Made by a program: the position numbers and the translations under genes
NCBI GenBank assembly: GCA_002633005.1
Contig: NMRA01000271.1
Location: 17,588-81,587 of the forward strand
Direction of reading: 5' to 3'
DNA: 64,000 bases
Source: Phoronis australis
Lineage: Eukaryota > Animalia > Phoronida
Notes under the pieces: model-generated
What the model saw: only the letters and a program-made list of their open reading frames with translations
What the model was told of the DNA's origin: nothing
The model's database searches: none
Part shown: positions 14,201 through 26,900 of the stretch, piece by piece
How positions within the stretch are numbered: position 1 is the stretch's first letter
How the letters are laid out: each line of letters begins with the position of its first letter

Positions 14201-15259
14201 AGTCAAGAGCTCTAGGTTTATCGTTACAGCTGGTTTTGCTGTAAAACAGGCATAGCGTGTGGGCGGGTTATTCTATTTATATTGATTTGAAATAATATAT
14301 GAATTCACCATTAATTTATTTATATTCATAATGTTTTATAGCCCCCAGGCTCCTCGAAAGCTAAGACGTGTGTCGCCAGAACGCTCATTCTGACTGCCAA
14401 CGCACCGTGACGTCTAGACTGGCGCGAGGGGCGGTCCCGTCAAAGAACTGCACAAAATGTGCAGCTCAAGTGAAAGTCTCTGAAACTTTACAAGAAGGAA
14501 CCGTTTTGTAAATACAAAATCTTCAAAAGTGTTTTTAATATTACATTTTCAAAACGCTGTTTCAAAAGACGTATTCATACTTATCTTTCACTAACACGGC
14601 ATCTATTCCTGTACTATTTCACGTGGTATGGGTTACCCTTCCATGGATTCATACGAGTGACTTCGTGGAATTAATCCCTACAGAATGGTGTTTCTACAAC
14701 AAAACTATAGGACGAGGTGGCTTCTCTCCATCGTGAAAGCTCCATACTAATGTGTCCCGTTTGAGTATCCATTTTCTCTAAATGGGTAGCTAACGTAAAT
14801 GACCCACTAAGAGCTGTATGCCGACAAAAAATTGTCAATTTTTCCCCAGATGTTGAATCAAGCATTGCGTTGGATTTTGTAAACAACGTGTATCTGCTTT
14901 TCACCCGTGAAGTCTTAATTTTCGAAATACCTTTTCGGACTACCGCGCTTAGTCCTTCGTCATATATTTAACTCACCCCACAGCCGCCCTGTCCACCACC
15001 GTCGGCCATAAAAGTGGCCATCAAAACTAGCTGAAAAAAAAACAACAACATTGAACAGAAACGCGAAAACAATCGCTTTTAATTGCAACCAGTAGCGAGT
15101 CCATTCACTTATAGAATTTCCAGGGCATCGTATACATGTACTGTAGCTTGATGAATAAATTTCACACGAGTCCAAGACAACCGTTAAAACACGGTAAATC
15201 GTCCACGTTTTACACATTAATTAAGGACTAACCTGAAACGTAAACTTTTCCAGAGTCAT
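11234..15259 (-). CDS. WAP-cluster gene B: secreted protein with two 4-Cys modules and a WAP domain, 136 aa
   Basis: Five GT-AG exons in consistent phase: 15259-15233 MTLEKFTFQ; 15030-14977 LVLMATFMADGGGQGGCG; 13806-13732 MVRCPAATQCSKGRCLPIVAEDKCA; 12518-12455 ERTCIDGSRCRDGECYPLRKP(G); 11424-11234 ACPPQGKHDGSCVIECDDDADCATHRLCCATACEGFVCTEPVNMTESCISIPDDNKPPEVPV*. Every exon has a homolog in copies C and D. Confidence 0.88.
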
Positions 15260-15324
15260 CCTGTCTTGTTTATCGGCTGGGACCAAGCTCAGAGTTCCAA
15301 TAAAGCACGACCTGTATTGTGCAA

Positions 15325-15330
15325 TTTATA
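15325..15330 (-). promoter_or_regulatory. TATA box of gene B
   Basis: TATAAA about 66 nt upstream of the ATG, conserved at the homologous position in gene C (context GGAATATAAATT in both). Confidence 0.6.
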
Positions 15331-15646
15331 TTCCGCAGCCGGAGTTTTAAACAGGAGTGACACATCTGCGGCATACGCATGAGGGCATTAGAAAAACATT
15401 TGGTCAGACTGTAGTCAGCGGCAAAGCGACGTCCTTTTCGACCTATAGCTTCTCTCGAAGGTAGTGAACAAGCATGCGGGTTGTTTACAAAAGCATGTTT
15501 AAAATAAAGATGAATGTTTGGTTGTTTTTTATTTCATGATGATACAACCTGCCCAACACGTGTATCCACAGAAGATGTCGCTATTATCGACATCAACGAA
15601 AATCTGATGACCTCGTAATACAGGTGCGTACCTAATAGTCCTTTAA

Positions 15647-15891
15647 AGATGCTACGTCTCATTAAAACCGTGAATACTTAAATTAGAAGCAAAAACCACC
15701 ATGTGACTTCCTGGAGAACAGTGTATACAACTACAATCAGGAAAAGAAACAATTTGTAAATAAAATGCGGCATTTTATTTACAAATTGTTTCTTTTCCTG
15801 GTTATGCTTGTGCATACAGTTCTCCAGGAAGCCACAAGGTGGCGCTTGCTACAAATTTAACTATTCGAAGTTTGAATGAGACTTAGCGTCT
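15647..15891. mobile_element. Fold-back MITE with TTAA TSD (Kolobok-like)
   Basis: About 245 bp, nearly fully palindromic around 15769; AG...CT termini flanked by TTAA on both sides; absent from the homologous gene C upstream region. Confidence 0.75.
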
Positions 15892-17396
15892 TTAACGACT
15901 CAGGAAAACGTTTCAAAGTGTTTTGGGGTTGGACAATCCTAAAATTGCGATTTCAAAAAATGGCGCGTGAACGCGTTGTCTGTGAGTTTGTTTTCTTGTC
16001 ATTACGCCAATTCAGGATCGGATGAATGCGGCAATGATCTCAAACCCCAAAAAGCTTCGGTTTAGAATACAACAATGACGGTTAAACAGCTGAAAAATCG
16101 CCCTTGAAGTATTAGACTCATGCACCTATAACAGAAAAATATGCGATTGAACGCAAATTTAAATCCCATAAGCATTTTGCAAGATCTATAGTAGACGCTC
16201 TTGACCCGGCCATCATCGTTACAACTTGAGCTACAACTGACAATTTTTTGCTTACAATCTCGTTCATACTCGACTTTGGTTTATCGTCTTGCATTCTTCC
16301 TCTATATTTCAGTACCAAAGTCCAGGGACAACGCCAATGAAAAAGTTTTTGTTTGTCGTCGACGACACAACTTTAGACCCCGTGAGCATTTTGCGGCAAG
16401 AAAAATACGTGCATTTCCCACCTCCGTGAAATGAATAGGACTAAAAATGTTGCAAAAATGTTGCTAGATTTTGTCTTGAGTGATGGGCATACTTCACTAG
16501 ACTCACTTAGCGTTTACAATAAAACTGTATATTGCAAACGGAAGTGATTCGTGCAAACCCAAATAATTGCTCTCCCCCACGACATACTTATACCGAACAG
16601 TATATGACATGATACTGCAATCTACAAATGAATGTTGAGACAAAAGATTCAATTATAAAGCGTGATGCATATCCTAGATTTGAATTTGGTGAATTGACAT
16701 GGAATCCGGAGAACTAAAAATTCACCGAGTCTATATGAAACTAATATTCTTTCAACCATACTAGGTGACAAACTGGTACAGGTTTTGACAAGTCATTTTC
16801 CCGAAAGACGTCGCTCTAGTCGGCTGGCGCCAGTGTTAGGCCAGTTAGTACGTGGAGACGGACACGTGGCATTTTACGAAACAGACAATAAGGGGAAACA
16901 ATAACACAAAAATGCGATCGTGAACGCTTGATATTTCTTTTACTACATAAGGACTCGCATTTTCGATTGACTCTGATATGGTTCCGCAATGCGAATGTTC
17001 CAGGTTTTGCACTGAACCCTTCCTATGAATTTTACTGAGTTCACCCGAAGCAGCTACTGCAAAATGCCGTATGTAAGGCCAAGGCCATGCAGATAAAGTA
17101 ATGCATTTTCTGGAAGCAACATTACAGCATGATGCGAGTTCTTTTAAAAGCCTAAAGATAATTCTAATACGAGTCAAGATCATGATGAGATCGATTTTAA
17201 AACAAAGTTACTTTTTTTACAAAAGGAGCGGGTCTATTGCTCTTTAAAAAGGCAAAGCCAGCTACGTCCCTATATGCAAGGGTTTTACTGACAAGAGACT
17301 CCTCCGAAACGCAGGGTTCAAATTCATAAGTCTATCTCAGAGACTCGACCAGATCATTAATGACAACCTCCACGTAATCTGCTGTTAGAGGTTCAG

Positions 17397-17830
17397 TGGC
17401 CGGTTGCATGAAACAGTCCCAAATAGGGACTCAACTAAGGTCCCTAAGTGTTTTTGCGAATTTGTGTCTTTATGGACTCACGGATATAATGCATTTCTAT
17501 CATCGCATCTTTATCATGAGCTTCTCTTTGATTAATGGCATTTTCTCATAATATAACTAAACAATGAGCCCAGAGTTCATTGAAAATAAATAGGGACCCA
17601 GTCCTTAAATTGGGCGTGTTGCACGAAAAGATCCCCAATTATTTTCGACAATATTGACAATTCAACGTAGAGTTCACTCTTGATTTGTATCAAAGTCAAA
17701 AGTTGACTTAGTAATGAAACTAAAACAATACAAGAAAGGTCAATCGATGTTTTCACAAGTCCAAAAATACGCAGTAGATTAAGGGAACTTATTTGAGTCC
17801 TTATTTGGGACTGTTTCATGCAACAGGGCA
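17397..17830. mobile_element. PIF/Harbinger-like MITE (family 2)
   Basis: TIR TGGCCGGTTGCATGAAACAGTCCCAAATA...TATTTGGGACTGTTTCATGCAACAGGGCA; 3-bp TSD CAG. Confidence 0.8.
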
Positions 17831-18275
17831 CAGGTATATCATTGGCAACGCACCATACGGGAGTGGGGGGAGGGCTATAGCCCCCACTTTTTTCAGTGCT
17901 GCGCCGACCATGAGTATTTGCGTCGCGCAAGTCACGCAGATGTAATGACAGCTCATGAGTTGGGAGGATTTGATGAGAAGTGATCAAATGTCTCTAAAAC
18001 TGCTCATTCTTTGGCCACACTCATTGCTCTATGCAGCTCAAAACCAAAAACTGGCCATTAAAGATGCCAAGAACCAAGTTTTGGTGTCAAAATCAATTTC
18101 CTTCGTAGGCATATTAGTAGCATCACTGCGTGCTGATCATTTGTTTTAGAGAGAATTAGATATAATAGAGGCTCAAACTAATCTGTCATGAGAGATAAAC
18201 CTAATACGCCTAAAATCCATTTCTAATTTGGAAACGCAACAAGAAAAAACACATTTTGTAACTGAAAGTATGCTA

Positions 18276-18468
18276 AGTATGCGCGCACCCAGCCTTCAAT
18301 ATGGGGGAGCTCGAATTCCTGACTTTGTGAACCCTTTGGTAACAAAAAAGTGAAAAAAAAACAACGGGAGCACCACTGTGAATACTTTTTGTCTCTCAGA
18401 GGCAGACCTTTTTGCCCACTTCGCCAAATGAAGGGGCTCCTTCGATCCCCCCTGGGTGCGCGCATGCT
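18276..18468. mobile_element. MITE family 3 (GCATGCGCGCACCCAG TIR). Related copies at 2938-3075, 20313-20820, 33752-33995
   Basis: TIRs AGTATGCGCGCACCCAG...CTGGGTGCGCGCATGCT. The internal GACCTTTTTGCCCACTT.GCCAAATG motif is shared with the 33752 copy and, diverged, the 20313 copy. Confidence 0.75.
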
Positions 18469-19798
18469 AAATCAAATCGATTTTTGCTGAAAGTGCGGGC
18501 TTGTTGCACCTTTAAATACGTGCTGACGGTGGTAGGGTCACATTTTAGAATTGTGAAAACAGTTATAAAACTAACCAGGGCCATCGAAATTGTTTTTGAC
18601 ATTTTCTGATCTGCTTTGTTTGAACTCAAGTGCTGGTTATTCTGTGTTCACGTGCACTTTGGTTTACGCGGATGACTGTCTTACATCCTAGTTCGCACTT
18701 GATCGACCAAAGCATTATACTAAAATTTCCAAATTTTAAATTTTTACTCGAGTTTGTACCTAGAAACTGAGGGTCACCAAGAGCAAATTCGGAGGAGACG
18801 CTCATCTCTGCAAACAGTAAACCCCGCTGTAAGTGCGCCTGTAGAGAGAACTGTCTTATCCGCTAGATGTGATTGAGGTCCAGTAAGACGCAGCAAGGAT
18901 GCTTTAGCGATTTATTTATTTGGTACACGCACAAGGAAAGCGGTGACAATTTGAAAATCAGTACCAGCCACTTCAAGTGATTTTACACGTATAAATCATA
19001 ATCACGCCCTTGATTTTCGAAAGTTTACAACCAAAGACTTCGATAATTGAATATATTTGAATTAAGTCACCGCAAACAGCAAATTAAGTAAATTCGAATT
19101 ATAAAAACATCCGGCATTTATTGATGTTTTGATGTTTATTTATTATTTGACGTGTAAACTTTTACAGTTCAATGTTATGAGTTTGTTTGGCATCCATATG
19201 GTTATCCTACAAACATACGCGTTGAGTCTGTCGAGGGAAGTACGGCCATGTAATAAAGTTTTCCGTATTCATCTCTCGCACCACTTCGACACTGACCTCT
19301 GACATGGAAAGTTCAAAAGATAGGTCGACGTAACTTTCGGAAAATAGTTTAAAGTAATACAATTATAGCAGTGTAAATAACGCTCACCATACAATCAGGT
19401 CTCAATCGTAACATCTGGAACAGGACTGTTGACTATATGACAGTTCTGTCTCAGTTTTCATTTGCTAAATATTTTATCGTCTGCTCCCAGCTTAGGCGCC
19501 GATTCCTTAGTAACTACAATATCAAATATTGCTATTTAACTACTTTTAGATGACACAAGTTCACTGAAAAGTTACCATTGTTTTCGTCTTTGTTATCTCT
19601 TTTCAAGTAATAAATCACACATTTAAAACTGTTTCTTTTACTAGAGAAAACTTGCAGCCAAACGCGCAAATACATACATATAGGATGTGATCCGCCACGT
19701 GAACAGTCTGAGCGAAGTAGTTAAAAAATCTGCGGAAAAATGAAAGGAACTTAGGAATTCGAAGCGTATGGGATAAGTACAAAACGTACCTCGATTGG

Positions 19799-19906
19799 CG
19801 TACATGAAGTAATATCCCACTCGACCTTATTCACGTATCGACCTCGACCTTCAGTCTCGGTCGATACGCGGAATAATATCTCGTGGGATATTACTTCATG
19901 TACGCT
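19799..19906. repeat. Long hairpin / fold-back element
   Basis: GCGTACATGAAGTAATATCCCAC...GTGGGATATTACTTCATGTACGC, with an inner CGTATCGACC...GGTCGATACG stem. Confidence 0.75.
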
Positions 19907-20312
19907 ACTCTCCTTACGTTTTATGTATATGTTCATTACCATTTAACGTAAGATTATAATAGTCAGACTTCGTGTCCCAACGCTAACTGCGCCAGATCAA
20001 TTCAATCAATTCAGTAGCGCCACCCTTCCGTAGAACTGGTCAATATCCTGCAACGTATTCCACTCTCTCGAAATTACGGCGTTGAAGACAGTCTAAACGG
20101 ATCGCTTAGAAACATTCCAGCATTGATATCAAAATCTCAGATAAATCTTAATGAATATAAGTAAGTAAAAACTGTTATGTACTAATGTAAACGACAAATT
20201 AATTTTTACAAAATCACTTCTATGAATACTTTTTTCTATGGCAGCCTGACTGGTGCATTTAAGCGTTCACTCCGTGTAGAGAGTTTGTTTTATACATGCA
20301 GGTATTATAGTA

Positions 20313-20820
20313 CGGGCGCACCCAGCCTAAAAAATTGGGGGGCTCGAATTTTTGAAAATGTGGACCTTTTATCAAGATTCACGGAGTACGTTCAGAGCTA
20401 TGACTGAACTGAGGAGGCAGTGTGGCCTAGTGTGATAGGTGCCCGCCTTCTTTACTCGAGGTCGTGGGTTCGAGTCCCACTAGGCCACACACTGCTATGC
20501 CCTTGAGTCAGGTCTCTAGCTCCTCAGCTCGGTTTTAACTATATATGAATAAAGCATCAAATAGTTCCAGGTGATTAGTTCAATGGGCCCACATACGCGG
20601 CCTGCGCACGTGTGGTACTGCTTGTATCAGACCGCCTGCAATTATTCTTTTATATGTGAATTGAGCATTCGCCGAATTTTGATAGTTCCTGCCTTTTTAG
20701 TGGACTTTTTTCTCGTTTTCTACGTTTCGGAGTTTTTGTTTCTTTGAGGTGGACCTTCTTGCCAACTTCGCCAAATGGGGGCTCGTTCGAGGTCTCTGAG
20801 CCCCCCTGGGTGCGGGCATG
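20313..20820. mobile_element. MITE family 3 copy inserted in the last exon of gene C, carrying a nested SINE
   Basis: CGGGCGCACCCAG...CTGGGTGCGGGCATG ends flanked by TA; aligns with 33752-33995 once 20414-20656 is removed. Confidence 0.75.
20414..20656 (+). mobile_element. tRNA-derived SINE
   Basis: A box TGGCCTAGTG, B box GGTTCGAGTCC, then a TGCCCTTGAG core and AT-rich tail; imperfect TSD TGAACTGAG/TGAATTGAG. Confidence 0.75.
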
Positions 20821-20888
20821 TATACATCATGTGGTTTAACATCATCAGTGTCATCATCATCATCATCATCATCATCATTATCATCATC

Positions 20889-20919
<31 letters not shown>

Positions 20920-23900
20920 CAATTATCACTGTCATCTTCATCTGGCTCTGTGCAGACAAATCCTTGGCACGTAGTCGCGCAGCACAGACGGCCTGCAGAA
21001 CAATCGGCATCGTCGTCACATTCGACCACACAAGACCCGTCACGTTCTCGTTCAACAAGTGGACACGTACCTGAAACAATCACAGTTTACTAAACATGTT
21101 GACCTCTTGGTTACTTGATGTTGCAATATAGTCCCGCAGAATTTAGATATCCGCAACAAAAATTCTCGACTAGATATCTAACGACTAAGAAATTAGTCTC
21201 GCCACGTACATCAGTTTTGATCTCAGCATTTACAGAAACAAAGCGACAAAACTTGTCACGAGAACATTTATCTTTGAATATATGTCAGAAGTTCCGTTTT
21301 ATTGTTTTATTATAATGTTTCACACTGTATCTTACTCAGCTTGAACGTGTTCTTGAGTTTAGGAAGAACAGAAGAGTGAACTCATTTATGACTCGGTCAC
21401 AGGAAGCTTCCCACGCTGATCCGTCGCTGAGCTTCGACAGAAAAACGGCCACAGCCGCCAACATTAGGGCGATTATCAGAAGATTATCGGGGCGCCGGCT
21501 GAACAGTTATCTAATACAAGAGCAACGCAGAGCGTTGAAATGCGCCCACAATTGCACCGCATACGGTATCCCTCTAGGGTTGTTTAGTGGTACCATAAAG
21601 TGGCCAGTATAGGGCATATATGTAGTATGTTGTTCTTAGCAAAATGGAAAGGCATGGTCATTCTCTCCTCAATAGGCTAGGGGCAAAATGTGAGTAATCT
21701 TCATAATACAAGCACGTCCTATACACCAGTTGCTTAAAGCACCACAGAAACATAGAATTAAAAACAAATTTACCAACATACGAGATTAGAACAGCATTAG
21801 AATGCCAGAAACAAATTTCTACTTGGAACTTTTCCTTCATAGTCACGAAGTAACACAAAGCATACACCTGAAGACCTATGAAAATACAGAGGTCAATGTA
21901 AAATACTAAAATTGCCACTAGAGGCAAATACTAAAATTGCCACTAGAGGCATACCGGTAGTCAGAATCATCCTAAAGTCGTCATCGTCCGTTGTCAACAT
22001 CACATAAATACACTTGCTAAATTTAGTAAAGATCCTGCAAACGGTTTGGGAGATACAGCCATGGGCGCAAAAAAACAAAACTGCCACTAGGAGGCGCCAC
22101 AGTAGTCCAAATCGTCTGAAAATCATTGTCAGCTGTCTTCCTTATAGTAAGCACATACACGCCAATTTTCACAATCATCCTTTGAGCGGTTTGGTTGATA
22201 GAGGGGTGGACGCAAAAATACAGACTCGAAAACAGTAAAAATGGCCACTAGGTGGCGCAAACTACGTCGAATCCATCTGAAAACAGTAGGATAGCGTCAT
22301 CTCACTAATAGGTGCCTACATACCAAATTTCATGAAAATCCGTTCAATACTTTTGAAGATACAAAGGTAAGCGTAAAAAACTAAAATTGCCACTAGGGGG
22401 CACACCGGTAGTCGGATCCGACCAAAAGTCGTCATCTTCCGTTGTTAACATCATATAAATATACTTACACAATTTGTAAAGATCCTGCGAACGGTTTAGG
22501 AGATACAGCCATAGGCGCAAAAAAACAAAACTGCCACTAGGAGGCGCCACAGTAGTCGAAATCGTCGGAAAATCATCGTCAACCATCCTCTACATAGTAA
22601 GCATATACATGCCAATTTTCACAATCATCCTTTGAGCGGTTTGGTTGATAGAGGGGTGGACGCACAAAAACAGACTCGAAAACACTAAAAATGGCCACTA
22701 GGTGGCGCAAACTATGTCGAATCCATCTGAAAACGGGAGGATAGCGTCATCTCACTAATAGGTGCCTACATACCAAATTTCATGAAAATCCAATAAGGAC
22801 TTGTGAAGATACAAAGGTAAGCGTAAAAAAATTAAAATTGCCACTAGGGGGCACACCGGTAGTCGGATCCGTCCAAAAGTCGTCATCTTCCGTTGTTAAC
22901 ATCATATAAATATACTTACACAATTTCGTAAAGATCCTGCGAACGGTTTAGGAGATACAGCCATAGGCGCAAAAAAAAAAAAACTGCCACTAGGAGGCGC
23001 CACAGTAGTCGAAATCGTCGGAAAATCATCGTCAACCGTCCTCTACATAGTAAGCACATACATGCCAATTTTCACAATCATCCTTTGAGCGGTTTGGTTG
23101 ATAGAGGGGTGGAAGCACAAAAACAGACTCGAAAACAGTAAAAATGGCCACTAGGTGGCGCAAACTATGTCGAATCCATCCGAAAACGGCAGGATAGCGT
23201 CATCTCACTACTAGGTGCCTACATACCAAATTTCATGAAAATCCGTTCAGGACTTTTGAAGATACAAAGGTAAGCGTAAAAAACTAAAATTGCCACTAGG
23301 GGGCACACCGGTAGTCGGATCCGTCCGAAAGTTCGCACATGCCGTCCCATTCATTAATGGAACATATGTGCCAAATTTCATGAACGTATGTCAAAGGGTT
23401 TTGGAGATTGAGCAGCGGACGCCGGACGCCGGGCGCCGCCCGGACGGACGGACGGACAGAGATGACGGCATAATGCGTCCACATATAAATATGTGGGCGC
23501 ATAAAAAATCGCCCGACCGTGGAACCTGAGGCCGACAACAAACTGCCATTCCTCGACTTATACATGCACATCAACGATGACGGTTCTACCAAGATTACTT
23601 TGTACCGCTAGCCCACTCACACTAATCAATACCTAAACTTTCGCTCAAACCACCCCGTACAGCACAAATGCTCAGTGGTATAAGCACCCTCATCAACAGA
23701 GCAGAGAACTATGTCACCCTTGACCCCGACCGCAGGGATGAGATATCTCACACCCTAGTGCTGGGACTGCCAATGATTATGAAAGCTGGGCACTTAACCT
23801 TCCACAACACCGACGTAACCGCAATCAGGACACCGACAGGTCATGAGCTCAGACAACCATCTATATCCACTCACTACGTCAAGAATCTTTCTGAACAACT

Positions 23901-26900
23901 GTCACGCACCTTCAAATCACGTGGGGTTAAACATTTTTCAAACCCATGAACACGTACCATCCGGGAAATGTTGGTTCACCCAAAGGCCCTATCCCCACTG
24001 ACAAGAAGTCTTGCGTTGTTTACCAGCTGTCGTGCAAGGAGGACCAAACCCATCAATACATAGGGGAAACAAAACGCACCCTAGGGACAACGATGGTTGA
24101 ACAATCGAAACTGGACAGACACGCAAGCGTATAGGGGAACACACCCTCAACAATGGTCACACCATCGACAAGTACAACGCCAGAATCCTTGCCAGAGAAG
24201 AACACTGGTCCTCAAGATATGGGAAGCTGTCTACATTAGAACCAGATGAGCCAATTTGAACAGGGATCAAGGTTTACAGCTCCCAACGGTGTACGACCTC
24301 ATTCTAAAACCTCGACCTGACGTGGAAATCCAGTTAGACGGTAAACGAGGACCTTAGAGCGAGGGTAGAAACGTGTGACTCGTCAGACTTTTATGCTTTT
24401 TAGTAAGTGGCTAAAACATTTAACATCATATCATCGGAAAGCATTGGAAAACCTTTTCCATCGTATTCTGTTATAGTTTTGCAATCTACAATTGTGCAAC
24501 GGCTTCTCTACGAAGGTACATTTCTCGTCTCCCACCAGAAATTAACCTCGTTGATACGATTGCAGCACACTCTTTGTCATACGTCCCTTGACGTCCTCAT
24601 GTGACCAGATGTAGTGGCGCTGCAAATGTAAACACCACTACACCAGGAATTTCTAGTGTGGATAGCACTGCAAATGCCCGCATTAATCGCCCCATGTAAA
24701 CAATAATCGTGTGGTTTTGAACATTTCCACTGTGCAAGAGAATGGCGCACTTGCTTGACAGCATCTTCTGATGCCCCAGAATAGTGTTGCGTGGACTGAT
24801 TAGGATACAAAATGAAGTCCACTTCCGTATAGAAGCACGCACATACGCGAAATTTTGTGCAAGTCTTCGGGTAAAACACCGATCAACTTCACAGCTATAT
24901 CTTTAACATGGGAATACCACACCACAGCTCCGAAGATTCAGATTCACTACTCCGCCGGCTCACTGCTCTGATGGTTCACTACACCGGTGACTCACTTCTC
25001 CGATAATTTGTGAAATTTCGGACTGCAGTGCAATTTTCACATTCTTTTTAGCGAAAATACTCGATACTTCGGTTATTAGACTCGTGGTGTACCTATACTG
25101 AAAACAACACCCGCGTTTTCCTTCAGTTTCTTGTCTTACGAAAACGAAGGAAGTTTTTGTGGACAGTTGCACGAGATTTTATTGTTATTCTGCCCCAAAA
25201 CAGAGGGTACGTTGTTGTTTCCAAATCAGGACAAGACTATTTTGAACGACCTTGTTACCTTTTTTACGTATTGGATAACATTTTCCATCTCTACATCTGC
25301 TTCCGTCAAAGCACGTGTGTTTCTGAAATTGAAAACGAATTGCTGTAGAAACTTTATACCGTATCATTGAGGGGTGGCTGAATTTACTGTCAAGACGCCA
25401 GACTCACGCAAAACGCTGAATACCGAGCGTTGATTACTCCTGTAAGACAAGCATGGATTTTTATTAAGGTTCAAAACCAGTCGCCATAGGCCTTATTCCC
25501 GCCAATAAGTGACTATGTCAAAACGAGGCTTTCTGCGATTATTCACGGAAAATGTAGCATTGGCAGCGTTTTGAACTGCAAGGACAATGACAAGAAGAAT
25601 TCTGACAACGTCTGGGCTTATACAATCCGGAAAGAAAGATTAGACAGTGGTGAGTAGCAAATGGAAGACGCCGGAGAAGAAGGAAGGCTTTCGAGTACGT
25701 GTATTTTAAGTTGGATATGCGGAACCATTGAACTAACCTTATTCTGCAATACGTAAACTTGTTTCCTATTAGTTTTAAAACATTTCTGGTAAGCTTTGTG
25801 TCACTTTTTATTGTTTTGGTGTATATTGTGTTGCATAATTACACCATGAACAAATATTTTCAGTTTTTCATGAAAACAATAGTCGCCAACATGAACGCGC
25901 TTCATACCCATTTAGGTACATCGGTCGGCATTTGCCATCGCTTCAGTGACCACTGACAATACGGCAATTGTCAAATTTCACGCAGTCACAGTCTGACAAG
26001 TTAATTACACTAAACATAGAAGAATAACAAAATATTAAATTGTAAAGAACTGCCATGATTATGACTGGGACAGAATATAAATACGTCAGTTTGTGACAGA
26101 ATGTTGACAAGAACACAATGGTGAGGGCAGTAGAGCAGACGGAATCTCTTAGAATTGAGATTGGTGAGATTATCTGTGGCCTGTAAGAAAATGCGTCATA
26201 TGTTTTATCAAATAAATTACATCAATTACATTTGTCCTACACATTGACGCCCTCAGGATAATGTGCAGATGACAGTATTCCTTTGCATGGTAGAGCCTAT
26301 ATATGTGTGTGTGTGTGTGCGTGCATGCTTGTGTGTGTGTGTAAACCCCTCAAAAAAGTTCTGTCCCCTTCAGAAAACTAATTGTGGTATTTTCTTCAAA
26401 AAACATCAATGGGCATAAATTATTCATTATTCCAAAGCTTTATTTTTTTCCACATCCAATTGTGGGAAATGTTTTATTATTCATGCACACTGCGTTGTAC
26501 AGGGAGTCCAGAAAAGGCACAGAAGTCAAGTTCACAAATCACAAAATTGCTCTCATACCTTACCTAAGTTCATACTGACTGATCTCTGAAATCTTCTCTG
26601 TATCAATGAATACCAACAGAGGGGGTTATTGGTTGTCATCTTGCTGGTAAGGACTGAGCACTATTGGTTGAGTACATTGGCGGGTCAATCTTAGGTTTCT
26701 TTTGCCTCAAGTCTCTTGCTTTACAGTACTGTGATGGCAAAGTTGACAAATTTGGAAAGAGCACGGAACTGGCAGTTGGTTTGATAGAATCAGGGTGTAC
26801 CCAGGCTGCTGTTGCCAGACATTTGCGTTTTCACCGAAAGTCAGTGTTCAGGCTGATTTCGACAGACGGGTGATGTCAACGACAGAAACCGGAAGCGGTC

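Noticed and set aside
14671-14904. ORFs conserved between the B and C introns (with 29247-29489)
   Set aside because: The similarity is explained by the recent duplication; indels differ and the frame is not maintained.
20720-21093. Poly-Met, poly-Ile and poly-Ser ORFs
   Set aside because: These are alternative frames of the GAT repeat; only the poly-Asp frame continues the WAP exon and fits the splice phase.
21900-23400. CRISPR array or coding repeat
   Set aside because: Whole ~450-bp units repeat with no unique spacers, and the end structure matches HINE-type elements.
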